DNA of 64,000 bases from NCBI RefSeq assembly GCF_963506605.1, contig NC_083277.1:47802001-47866000 (forward strand), read 5' to 3'. The position numbers and the translations under genes were made by a program. The notes beneath the pieces are model-generated. The model saw only the letters and a program-made list of their open reading frames with translations, was not told where the DNA came from and searched no databases. Below, piece after piece: positions 47,387 through 59,383 of the stretch (its first letter is position 1; each line of letters begins with the position of its first letter). Source of the stretch: Zootoca vivipara (taxonomy: Eukaryota).

Positions 47387-48544
47387 AAATCAGCTTGGAA
47401 AACTGGGCATTGCATACTCCTTTAAGTTCCACCCAGCTAGCATGGACCATTATGTATGTATAGTCTGCCTTGTGCCGTGTTGTTGTTTAAGTCTGGTCAA
47501 CCGCTATGCTCCTGTTTTGCACTCTTTCTTCCTGACTGTCTTCCTATCCATTGCTGTTTTGCTGTGCTGCTGCAGAGTCAGCAGAGGGAGCAAAACCAGT
47601 GAACTCAGAGCACACCTGACCCCATTCAGTTATGCCCTTAAACATCATCAAAGTTCACTGAAGATCAAATTGCAGGTAGTAATCAAAATTAACAGTGTAA
47701 AGGTGACAAGTGAGTTTTAATGTTTTTTTGCAGTACTTCCTTCATCTTAATTATAATAGATTCATATGACACAACTCATGTGGGTGTATATAGTTCTGCA
47801 GATCTCCACCATGTTTACCTGGAAGAAAGTCCCATTGATTGATTTATGCTTCACCCTGAGACCTTGACATTAAAAGCATAGCCTATATCAATCAGTAGGC
47901 TTAGCATTCCACTGCAAGTCCCAGACTGCAATCTTCAGCCATCCTCTTATCTGTTGTACTTTTGAAGTACAAGTAGCGATGAGCCATATGTAGCATAGTG
48001 CCTTTTCTGCGTTAGTTGGCTAAATATTCCCCACCCCCCTCTATCAACTTGACATTGCATTCTGAAAACCTTGTCCTGGAACTGGGTGTTAGTGAGTGCA
48101 TGTTTATCTATTTTGGACTAAATAATTGTTCTGTTTCTCCAACAGCCCTGGGCCTGTACAGGACTGGTGGGTTGTGTTTGGCTTGATGGGTCACACTCAC
48201 AAATTAAGGATGCTTGACCTAAAGAATTGGCAAAACACTATTTACTAAAAATATTTTTGGGGGAAGAAACAGCACATGGATTTTTAATCTGCCAGTTTCA
48301 TTAATAACTCATTAACAGCGTGGGAAGGACCATCGTGCAGTAGTAGAGCACACAGTTTAACTGCATATAGTAGTGGCCGGCAGAGTACAGCTTCGTGATG
48401 TGGAGGTCGTTGCTGATAACCAAGAGGGGTGAAGTGGCAGGGAGGTTGGTGTGGTGTGGGCACAGTGGCAGAGCCAATCCAATGCGCCTACACTGAGACA
48501 ACCCCCTTTCCCTTACCCTCTCTCTTGGTTGCTGGCATCATATG

Positions 48545-48993
48545 CTTACCTTCCAAGTCCCGGACTGCAGAATCCGGGACCGGCAGCCGTGTGACACCGG
48601 AAGTTGCGTTGACGTAACTTCCGGTGTCACTTTGCCCTTCTGTGGGCACCAAAAATGGCCGCCACCGGCTTTGAAAGTCACTTGTACGCATGTCAGGAAG
48701 TATGTCGACGCAACTTCCGGTGTCGCTCTGCCCATCTATGGGCACCAAAAATGGCCGCCGCCAACACCGGAAGTCGCGTCTGTGCACTTCCGGACATGCG
48801 TAGATGCGACTTTTGAAGCCGGCAGCGGCCATTTTGGGTGCCCATAGAAGGGCAAATCATAAAGAAAAAAAATGGCTGCCGGCAGGAGAAAATAACTGAG
48901 AAAAAAGGGAGACGAAGTGATACGGCGGACCACCGGGAAAAGGTAAGTAAAAACGGGGGTTTCCCGGGGAAAACGGGGTACTTGGCAGCTATG
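48545..48993. mobile_element. ~450-bp GC-rich hAT MITE of the CATAGCTGCCAAG family
   Basis: Right end CTTGGCAGCTATG, left end CTTACCTTCCAAG; CATATG repeated on both flanks (partial TSD); internal ACTTCCGG repeats. Confidence 0.8.
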
Positions 48994-49441
48994 CATATGT
49001 AAAAAAGAAACACCACTTTCTTGGGTTGATAACCTACTGACCTTTATCTTGTCTGACCACAACTTCAGTTTCTTAGCCATAATTCAGCCCATGACCAACT
49101 CCAAGCACATTTTTAGCACTTTGAAAGTTACATGTGCCCCCAATAGAAAGAAGAGAGGGAGAGGGTATCCTTTACAGATCAAAATATCCAGCTCATCCTG
49201 TCCATTACCTGGCATTGATCATCCACCACAGGAACCAAACAGAAGGGAGGTTGAAATGTGCCTACATGATTGTCCAAAAACATTTGGAGAACAGTCTCCA
49301 CCAGTTCAGAGGCCTCACAATAGCCTCCTTTCACCACTGGAAGATACAGGTTGAAGCCATGAAAAGCTATTTTGCCCAGCAAAGTGGAGAAACAAATCAG
49401 AGACCACTGATGCTCCTTTAAAGTCTAATGTATCCTTTGTT

Positions 49442-49531
49442 CATAGCTGCCAAGTTTTCCCTTTTCTCGCGAGGAAGCCTATTCAGCATAAGGGAATTTC
49501 CCTTAAAAAAAGGGATAACTTGGCAGCTATG
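49442..49531 (+). mobile_element. ~90-bp hAT MITE, copy 6
   Basis: TIRs; 8-bp TSD CCTTTGTT. Confidence 0.92.
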
Positions 49532-49931
49532 CCTTTGTTTTGGGAAAGCCTAGGATTCGAGTTCCTTACTTTTGAAGTTCTGACCAGGCCCCAGGCTGGA
49601 CCAGATCAGATGACCAACTATGGGAATATTGCAGCAATCGACCCTAAACTGACTGCATACCATCCAAATGATAATGTCCTGTTTTTCAGCTCCTCGGCAA
49701 CCTCACAGACAATTTAAGAGGAAAATTTGTCCCGGAATTTGCATATTGCAAAGATAAGTGCAAGATTTCCCAGATAAGCGCAAGATTTGCCAGTCAGGTC
49801 ATTCAAGTCCTAACTAGTACTCCCTACACACAGCCAACACATTCGTTTACTTTTGAAATAGATGGAGGTCTTTCTTTTCTTTGCTGTCAACATGGAAATC
49901 TCATTTCAGCCAAGGTATGTTTATATATACC

Positions 49932-49932
<1 letters not shown>

Positions 49933-49980
<48 letters not shown>

Positions 49981-49995
49981 TCTCTCTCTCTCTCT
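49933..49995. repeat. (GT)n followed by (CT)n microsatellite
   Basis: Direct reading. Confidence 0.95.
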
Positions 49996-50530
49996 TTAAA
50001 AGGAAACATAGCAAGAACATATTATTTTGATCTGACCAGCTGCATTATCACAGAAGTTAACCACGTGTGAGACAGAACTGAATCAGTAAAAGAAGCTTCT
50101 TGGTCAGAGAAACAAGCACACATTTGAAGGTAGACAAAATCCTCACTTATTAATTTTATATAGCAATTCCAAACATTACATGCAGCTGAACACTTTTTTT
50201 AAAAGAAACACATTAACTTCATCTGTTTACCAGTATTTACTTTATTGGTATCCTGCTCTTCTTTCAAGAAGTTCAGGGGCAGCATATACAAGGGAATCCC
50301 AGTTTATATCCCTGTAAGCACCTTTGAAGCAAATTAGGCTCAAATCTAGCCAATGGACTTCACTGGTGTAAATTTTATAGTAACTCGTGATGTTATCCTA
50401 GTCATACTTGCTTGGGTAGTAAGTCTCACTGAACTTTATGGATTCTGCTATGGGTGTATATTATACAGTGATTTGGCATTCTCCTTCTTACTTTAGAATG
50501 CTTTGATTTCTTGCATTTTCTGCAAGATTA

Positions 50531-50902
50531 GGTAAAGGTAAAGGGACCCCTGACCATTAGGTCCAGTCGTGACCGACTCTGGGGTTGCGCGCTCATCTCG
50601 CATTATTGGCCGAGGGAGCCGGCGTATAGCTTCCTGGTCATGTGGCCAGCATGACAAAGCCGCTTCTGGCAAACCAGAGCAGCACATGGAAACGCCGTTT
50701 ACCTTCCCGCTGTAGCGGTTCCTATTTATCTACTTGCATTTTGACATGCTTTCGAACTGCTAGGTTGGCAGGAGCTGGGACCAAGCAACGGGAGCTCACC
50801 CCGTCACAGGGATTCGAACCGCCGACCTTCTGATCAGCAAGCCCTAGGCTCAGTGGTTTAACCACAGCGCCACCTGGGTCCCTACAGCGCCACCTGGGTC
50901 CC
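50531..50902 (-). mobile_element. Sauria SINE with duplicated 5' end
   Basis: Full SINE reverse complement; TSD TGCAAGATTA (50521-50530, 50903-50912). Confidence 0.93.
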
Positions 50903-51676
50903 TGCAAGATTACAAGGGCTCAAAAAGTTCAAATAATACACAATGGTCCAAATTCTGTATTTTGGAGAGAGGAGGTTAAGAGAAAATACATACTTCAACT
51001 CAGAGGTAGGCAGCTTGAAATCCTATGTATTTTGCTAAGACTGAACTCCTATAACACTTACCTTAAGCTCAATGGAACTTCCTTCTGAGCAGACATGTAT
51101 GGGATTGCACTATTATGCTGCTTTAAAATATGTGGAATTTGGATGCTTTGAGCATGTACTGGATGGGTGGTCAGAGATGTAAAAATCTGCTTATCACTCA
51201 CCTAAGCTCAGTTTGTTTTCAAGAAATAAAAGGCTATTACTTACAGTTCAGCATCTGGAATAACAAGGTGATAAAAGGAAAACAACTCCACTGCCAAAAG
51301 CTACTTACAGTGCAATCCTATCCTTATCTACTCAGAAGTAAGTCCCACAGAATTCAATACTGTTGGTCCTTCTCCCAAGAGACTCTGCAATCCTTACCCC
51401 ATTTTCCCATTAGTATGCATAGGATTACAGCCTTAAAGATATATTCCATTTGAATGTTCTGTTTAAATACAACTGCTAATTAGTAAATCTTAAAAACTGG
51501 CCTATACTTTTTAAAAACAGAGTAAATTCCAAGCATGTGTTACTAAATATAAGATTTTCATAGCACTAAAATATTTGTGTTCAATCACACGATTTCCACA
51601 TTATGGTATAAATGTTGTCAAACCATGCTTGCAAATAGTCACCACTTAGTTGCCTCAGGCAAACAAGAATTGTGGG

Positions 51677-51924
51677 GGGACGCGGGTGGCGCTTTGGGTT
51701 AAACCACAGAGCCTAGGGCTTGCTGATCAGAAGGTCACATTTCTATGATCAGAAATGGCATTTCTGTGTGCTGCTCTGGTTTGCCAGAAGTGGCTTTGTC
51801 ATGCTGGCCACATGACCTGGAAGCTGTACGCCGGCTCCCTCAGCCAATAAAGCGAGATGAGCGCCGCAACCCCAGAGTCGGTCACGACTGGACCTAATGG
51901 TCAGGGGTCCCTTTACATTTACCT
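51677..51924 (+). mobile_element. Sauria SINE with internal deletion
   Basis: Head and tail present, middle ~110 bp missing. Confidence 0.88.
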
Positions 51925-52440
51925 AACTAGTGCGGCAATTTTTTAAACCTCAAGAAAGGGAAGCTCTTTTATTGCCTTTTAGGCTGGCTGGCTACTTATA
52001 TTGTGTTTTACAGCAAATTTTCTTATTTTGATTTTGTTATAGCATTTAAATTATCATTCCCCACTTTGGGAACATGAATGATGAAGAGATGTAAATATAC
52101 ATAACAAACAAACAAACAAAGGACTAACTTAGATTGCAGCCCTATACTCATTTACAAGGGACTAAATACTATTGAACTCAACAGGGCTTACTTCCATGCA
52201 GACAGGATTGTATTGGACAGTATGTGTGGGCACGCAGACAAATAAAAGTGTTTGTTTTACTGATTTTGTAATTCTGTGTTAAACTTTATGGATATTTTTT
52301 TTACTATGGACATGTTTTGGCTTGCAGGTCTCTTATAAGTACAGCACAGATGTTAAAGTATCCTATAGCCATTGTAATACTTTTGTTAGCTACTCAGTCT
52401 CCATGCGAGGGAAACAACTTGACATAATTAATATTAAGTA

Positions 52441-52679
52441 CAGTCATACCTTGGGTTACAGACGCTTCAGGTTCCAGGTTTTTAGGCTGCACACCGCGCC
52501 GAACCTGGAAGTACCGGAATGGGTTACTTCCGGGTTTTGGCGCTTGCACAGAGGCACTAAATCACGCTTTGCGCATGCACAGAAGGGCCAAATTGTGACC
52601 CGTGTGTGCGCAGACACGGCGCTGCTGGTTGCGAACGTGCCTCCCACACAGATCACGTTCGCAACCCGAGCGTCCACTG
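52441..52679. mobile_element. Tc1/mariner-superfamily MITE
   Basis: Imperfect TIRs CAGTCATACCTTGGGTT / CAGTGGACGCTCGGGTT; TA on both flanks. Confidence 0.75.
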
Positions 52680-53405
52680 TACTACTCCACCAGTTCTAAA
52701 TACACCAGCTGAACTCCTGATGAAATACGCTTAGGGTTGCACTGCAAATCATTTCAATATCCTAATCTTTATTTGAATATTGGCCCCATTCAATTTTAAG
52801 AGAACTGGCTTCTACATAAGTAGCTCAGGAATTTGGTGTGGTAAACTCAACTCAATAATTAACAAGCTTAAAGATTTTATTTGTTTATGATGGCACAACA
52901 GCAGCCTTTATGACTTTACTTTAGGCTCTAATTGGCTTGTGGCTACTCAGGAGGATCACAAGTTACTCAGCATGCCTACTTAGGGCCAAACTAAATGAGG
53001 TAATACAGATCTGTGACTAGATCTCCCAGGTCTATTAAATTTTGGCTAATAGCAGGTGTGCAAGTTAGATCTGGGGAAATGCTATGAAAATGCTAGTGTT
53101 ATATTTCCAGGTGCCTGTATCTCCAGACATACAGATTTTTTTTTAATCCCCAAGGAATAGTTGTTTCACACATTACATATCAGAAAACATTTGTCTGACA
53201 CTGAACATACACTTCCAAGGAAGCTCCGGCTAACCCTAGCTCCCTGACGATTGTACAAGTATAATGACATATTAGATACATTGAAAACATTTTTGTGTAT
53301 GCCTAAAAATGAAATGTGTAAAGAAGCCAAAAGTCAAATTTCAAATCCTTTGGAGCAAAGCCATACTATGATCAGCTAAGTTTTAATGTGGCAGCCATAT
53401 TTGTT

Positions 53406-53562
53406 ACAGGTAGGTAGCCGTGTTGGTCTGGCGTAGTCGAAACAAAATAAAAAAATTCCTTCCAGTAGCACCTTAGAGACCAACTAAGTTTGTCATTGGT
53501 ATGAGCTTCCGTGTGCATGCACACTTCTTCAGATACACTGAAACAGAAGTCACCAGATCCTT
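53406..53562 (-). mobile_element. Penelope-like fragment with mutated hammerhead (GAAA>GGAA, 53499-53536)
   Basis: Shared terminus; TSD ATATTTGTT. Confidence 0.82.
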
Positions 53563-53837
53563 ATATTTGTTGTCTGTGTGCTGCCCACACATGTGGAGTG
53601 TCTAATTCTAACATCAGTGAGACTGCGCAGGTGGGGAGAGGTGATCTTTTATTTCAAGCATCTCTCACTCAGCTTGGCTTAGTGCCAATGTCAAAAGGGA
53701 AGGGGAAGAGTTTTTACAACAGACTCGAGTGGAGTTTAACAGTATGTCCTTTTCTTTTTATAAAAAAAGTATTTCCCTTGAAATTGTGGCATTAATGTGT
53801 CATTGATGTGCCAGAAGGAGACCTAGTTCCATATTTA

Positions 53838-54186
53838 AAGGTAAAGGGACCCCTGACCACTGGTCCAGTCGTGACTGACTCTGGGGTTGCGGCGCTCATC
53901 TTGCGTTATTGGCCAAGGGAGCCGGCGTACAGCTTCCAGGTCATGTGGCCAGCATGACAAAGCCGCTTCTGGCGAACCAGAGCAGCACACGGAAACGCCA
54001 TTTATCTTCCCACTGTAGAGGTACCTATTTATCTACTTGCACTTTGACCTGCTTTTGAACTGCTAGGTTGGCAGGAGCTGGGACCAAACAATGGGAGCTC
54101 ACCCCGTCATGGGGATTCGAACCGCCGACCTTCTGACCGGAAAGCCCTAGGCTCTGTGGTTTAACCCACAGCGCCACCTGTGTCCC
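53838..54186 (-). mobile_element. Sauria SINE
   Basis: Full length; TSD TAGTTCCATATTTA. Confidence 0.93.
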
Positions 54187-54999
54187 ACATAGTTCCATAT
54201 TTAGTTGCTTGACAAAATGAGTTCCTGATCTTTGCCAGCTGGAGCAAAGGTTTTCACTAAGAGGTCAGTTTTTATGAATCATGGCAGAGTGGGAAGGATC
54301 AAATGTTTGGGCTCTCAAAGAAGAGATCACAACCACCTTGCTCTTCTTCTGACCTAAGTCATGCTTTGGCTTAGCATGACTTTCAAACCTGGGCTCATGG
54401 TTTAGCTCTCCTAGATAAGCCACAAGCTGGAAGCCATATGACGAGCCTTAGTTGCATCTTGTGGGTTGTCTGGAGAGAGCTAAACCACAAACACAGGCTT
54501 GGATGGCATGCTAAACCAAACATGGCTTAACACAGCACAGCAGCAGAACAACCAGAAAGGAGCAAGGTTGCCTCAACCTCCTCTCTAGGAGCCTGTAGGT
54601 GTTCTCGTTTGCACTAAACAATGGCTTATCTTAGCATTACATGCAAATACATTAGCTGCCTACCAGTATTTAATGAGATGAAACCCAGAGAGCAATACCT
54701 ATTACTTTAATCCATTTCACTTGTCATTTCAAGCTCATCTGATGGAACATGAAGGAAATTCTGGATAAATATTCTTTGTGGAACAAAACTATGTAAGACG
54801 CACTTCTGTGTATGTTTACTCAGAAGTTCATCCTACTATGTTTCATAAGATTTATTCTCTAGTAAGTACATTAGGATTTCACCTGAAGTATACTTTTGTG
54901 AAGACATCTATTTTTCTTTCATCATTTCCCCATAAACTGAAGATCTACTTTCTTTTCTGATGAGTATACCTTTACCTTAGAAGAACTCAGATAAATGGT

Positions 55000-55186
55000 T
55001 ACAGGTAGGTAGCCGTGTTGGTCTGACGCAGTCAAAATAAAAATAAAAAATCCTTCTAGTAGCACCTTAGAGACCAACTAAGTTTGTCATAGGTATGAGC
55101 TTTCATGTGCATGCACACAAAAGCTCATACCTATGACAAACTTAGTTGGTCTCTAAGGTGCTACTGGAATGATTTTTTATTTTTAT
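55000..55186. mobile_element. Penelope-like fragment forming a fold-back hairpin
   Basis: Inverted arms centred on GTGCATGCAC; TSD TCAGATAAATGG (54987-54998, 55187-55198). Confidence 0.85.
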
Positions 55187-56141
55187 TCAGATAAATGGGT
55201 TTATTTCACATGTAAGAGTGCTAAAGCAGAAATAATAACTTTTCGTTTCTATTATTTAAATATGCTAATTGCTTATTAGAGATGTCCAAACTGAAAATAA
55301 TGCTGCCACCATGGAGCAGTACTTCAGGGTTCCTAACACTGTTTCAGAAATATCTATGATACTAAGTTTATGTGGTTAACTTGTATACATTAGTTTAGTG
55401 TCTGCTAAAACTAAAGCTACAGTACTGCAAAGCAACTGAGAAAGAGCAAAAAAGGGCATTAACTTTCACTGGGGAGCTGGGTTTCTGATAATATGAGCAA
55501 TGTTTCCTATGTCACCTTCATCTTTTTGATTGACTCTTCTTTATTTCTGTGTGTCTAATTCCAGCTTTTCCCCTTTTGTGGCACCATCCCTGAATGTATC
55601 GTTCTGAACTGGCATCTCCCCAACACCTGTCAGCTTTCATACAGAAGCCCATGAGGAACCTGTACAACTGACATGAATGCTTGTGCTAGCAGAGTGCATA
55701 GAAGGTTAAGACTTCCCCTTAACAAGCCTTTATTTTCTCACCTGCACAATCTCAAGAAAAACAAACTAGCCACTTTTTGTTGATAAACCAAAGCCATTTC
55801 ATGCAACTGCACTTTTGAACCAAACAAATCCTTTATAACAAATGCCAACTTGTATTAACATGCACATGGGCAGAAATCACTTTGTGTTTATTGTACCTTG
55901 TTTGCATATGTGGGAGAGGGAGAGAGATTCATCTACTTCCACTGCGGTGAGTCTAAACTAAAATGATGTTGCTCTTGTGTAACAGAGTGAAATCGAGAAA
56001 GGGTTCCAAGACATTCAGTATAGCACAAACCTCCATGGACAAACTTTATCAAATGAATAGTTTTAACCTCAGTTGGTAGCTATATACACAAATGGGTGTC
56101 GATAAAGCACTCTACTAACTGTGAATGCATAAGCACTTAGG

Positions 56142-56276
56142 ATCATAGAATTGTTGGAAGGGACCACACAGGTCATCTAGTTGAATCCCTGCAATGCAGG
56201 AATCTTTCCCCCCCAAATGTGGGATTTGAACTCACAACCCTGAGATTAAGAGTCTCTTGTTCTACCGTCTCAGCTT
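56142..56276 (-). mobile_element. tRNA-Lys(CTT)-derived SINE with CR1-type 3' tail (possibly Squam2-like)
   Basis: Minus strand reads GGTAGAACAAGAGACTCTTAATCTCAGGGTTGTGAGTTCAAATCCCAC..., then TAGATGACC...GGTCCCTTCCAAC..TTCTATGAT. Confidence 0.75.
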
Positions 56277-56841
56277 AAAATGGGAACTCTCGAAACTTTG
56301 CAAATTCTATACTGATGATCGAACCAGGTGTAATTTAGCTCCTTTTCTAAATAGAAGTATTACAATATTTCCCTCTTTCTTCAATTCAGGGCATGCAATT
56401 AAGCTCAGTTTTGCATTATACATGCAGGTTTTAAAATCATGATTAAATCAGCAGGAGATCAATGTTTCCCACTTGTAGAAGAACTAACTACTTGTGACAC
56501 AGCCCACTCTGCCTGCAACAACTTTGTCACCACCTGCCTTTCCAACATTCTTACATTTTATCTTACCCTTCTTCCAAAGATCTCAGAATGGCATACATGG
56601 CTCCACACAGAACTTTCCACCCTCACCAGCATCCTTGTGAAGCTGGTTAGGCTGAGAGATAATGACTAGCCCAAGGTCACAGATGAATTTCATGTCTCAT
56701 AATAGATTTAAGCCCAGGCTTCTCTGAATTCGACACTCTACTGAGTAAATCAGCACCCACCCACCCCCAATTTGGTTTACATGTTATGAATTCTTTTTAG
56801 TCATTTGGTTTATTTTCTCTGTTGGAAATTATAGGCTTGAA

Positions 56842-56842
56842 G

Positions 56843-56891
<49 letters not shown>
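56842..56891. repeat. (GTT)n microsatellite
   Basis: Direct reading. Confidence 0.95.
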
Positions 56892-57311
56892 GTTATAGAT
56901 CTTGTTGTTTTATGACTGTGCTTTAACTGCATTTTATCATCTTATGTTTGTGAGCCAGCCCCCAAGCCATGTTATTGGGGTGGTCCTGTATAAATTTAGT
57001 AAGTGAAGTCTGTAACCGATTAGGAAGCTGTTCCTGAGACACTTATTTGTAGGTTTGCAAAAATGTAGAAAGGCTATAGTGCAAGCCACTATGCAGTCTA
57101 GAGTGTACTGCCCTGCTCACAATCATGCAGGTTTTCTGCTTGTGGATTATAGACACCTGGATGGTCACTGTGTGAAACAGGAAACCAGATTAGATGGAGC
57201 TTTGGCATGATCCAGCCAATAGGGATCTTCTTATGTTCTTAATGTGTTAATAAGTTTTATAACAAATTGTGGTCCCCCCCCCCCAAAAAATGTGGTGTTG
57301 TATTTTACTAA

Positions 57312-57406
57312 CTGCGGGAGGCAGTGGAAGACAGGAGTGCCTGGCGTGCTATGGTCCATGGGGTCACGAAGAGTCGGACACGACTAAACGACTAAACAAC
57401 AACAAC
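57312..57406 (+). mobile_element. BovB 3' terminal fragment
   Basis: GGAGGCAGTGGAAGACAGGAGTGCCTGG...GACTAAACAACAAC; TSD ATTTTACTAAC. Confidence 0.9.
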
Positions 57407-58591
57407 ATTTTACTAACAAGATGATGTTTCTTGTGAACTGCTTTGCGCACAGCCTACTGTGGAAAAAGCAGCACATGTTATTTATTTATTCTTAATTCAT
57501 TATCAATAATATTAAATTCGTGATTAACGGCTGAAAGATTTAGGTTTTGATCAAAAGCGTCACTGACTTCTCAACAGGCAGAGCTGGTTGTGCCTAAACA
57601 TCCTTTGCTTTCTAAAGGTTCCTGTGGTGTCATTTTGGATGCAAATCCTGTTCTTCCTTAATGGTAATTCTATATTTGTACAGTAATTGTAGCACAACTG
57701 CATAGCCTTGGATGAAAATCCAAGTTGATTGGCCACGTGAGCTTGTTCTTCAGCCACGCTAAAATATATATATAACAGTGAGGTAGATATTTCTGTTAGG
57801 AATTATTTAATGAAATCCGTACACCGGAAATTTAACATTGGGGAATGGGATTTCAAAATATTGTCATGTACAGGGAAAATCTTCTTAAAAGATGATATAA
57901 TAAAGAGACTTGAAGATTTCAACCTATGTATATTTCAGGATGTAAATGCATGGCTTTTTAACTTAAAGGTTATATGTTCTGCTACGAAGACACTGAGTCA
58001 TCTCCTTGCCCAGAATTCTTACAAAATATGCAAAGGGCAAAAGTCCATGTATTTTCTTTGAAAAGCACAAAAGGAGGAAGTCTCTGTTTCTGTGCCCTTT
58101 TTGTCTAACATGCTGAAAGCCAAGGCTTTTGAGGAGTGGGATCAGTAATTTGAATGGAGCTTGGTTTTTTAACATAAATTATACTGTAACACCTGCTTAA
58201 TATAAGCAAGGAAGGAAGGAAGAAAAGGGGTAGAATTTAGTTCCCTTCCATTGCATGTACATATTTTCTGGTTTCCCACTTGAAGACAGTAAAGCTGAAA
58301 CATCTCATTTGGACACGTGTCAGTTTTGTATCATGAGTTTTGTAGTATATATTTTACGCAGCACAGACAGAGTATTTTGAGAATGCTGCAAGGCACACTT
58401 CTGTAAGGCATTTCATTCCATATGCACTTTTACACTGGGAAAGGTGCACTGCTTCTGTGTGAAACTCACAATTATTCACCTCAGCATACAAAGGGAAGCA
58501 TACAAAGTAAGCTGCTCATGGGGGATAGGTGGTGATGTAGTACAGTATTTGCTTGGCTATCATCTTTTCAGTTGACCTTGAAATAGGAAAT

Positions 58592-58863
58592 TCACTGGAA
58601 GGACAGATCCTGAAGCTGAGGCTCCAATACTTTGGCCACCTCATGAGAAGAGAAGAATCCTTGGAAAAGACCCTGATGTTGGGAAAGACTGAGGGCACTA
58701 GGAGAAGGGGACGACAGAGGACAAGATGGTTAGACAGTGTTCTCGAAGCTACGAACATGAGTTTGACCAAACTGCGGGAGGCAGTGCAAGACAGGAGTGC
58801 CTGGTGTGCTATGGTCCATGGGGTCACGAAGAGTCGGACACGACTAAACGACTAAACAACAAC
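58592..58863 (+). mobile_element. BovB 3' fragment
   Basis: SLEGQILKLRLQYFGHLMRREESLEKTLMLGK...; (CAA)n tail; TSD ATCATCTTT (58559-58567, 58864-58872). Confidence 0.94.
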
Positions 58864-59247
58864 ATCATCTTTCCAGAATATCTGTGTGGCCCTTCAGAAC
58901 ACCATATAGGGAGAAGATCTGGAAGATGTAAAGTCTATTTTCACTTATGGGGCAGGATCTCTGCAATCTAAAAATACACTTCCATCATATTTTTTTCTGA
59001 AGGAAGAACTACATGAGGAACTATGAAACTCTCACTCTGACTTTTTGTTACCCCTGAAGCATGCCTGGTACTGCTGCTAATCATCATGTGGTTGTAGTGG
59101 GTGTGTATTACGTAACTGAGTGACTGTGCCATTTGGCTGCTCAAGAGATCAAAAAAAAATTACAACCCCTGAATCAGCATTTGACATCCTAAAGAGCAAG
59201 CCTTGCTGAATGACAAAGAGCATAGGAAGCAGGGCAATATCTTAGGC

Positions 59248-59383
59248 CAGGCATCCCCAAACTGTGGCCCTACAGATGTTTTGGCCTACAACTCCCATGA
59301 TCCCTAGCTAAAAGGACCAGTGGTCAGGGAAGCTGGGAATTGTAGTCCAAAATATATGGAGGGCTGAATTTTGGGGATGCCTG
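59248..59383. mobile_element. Palindromic 136-bp hAT MITE
   Basis: CAGGCATCCCCAAA TIR; TSD TCTTAGGC/GCTTAGGC. Confidence 0.9.

Noticed and set aside
56215-56276. tRNA-Lys gene
   Set aside because: Degenerate acceptor and D stems and fused to a CR1-type tail: a SINE, not a tRNA gene.
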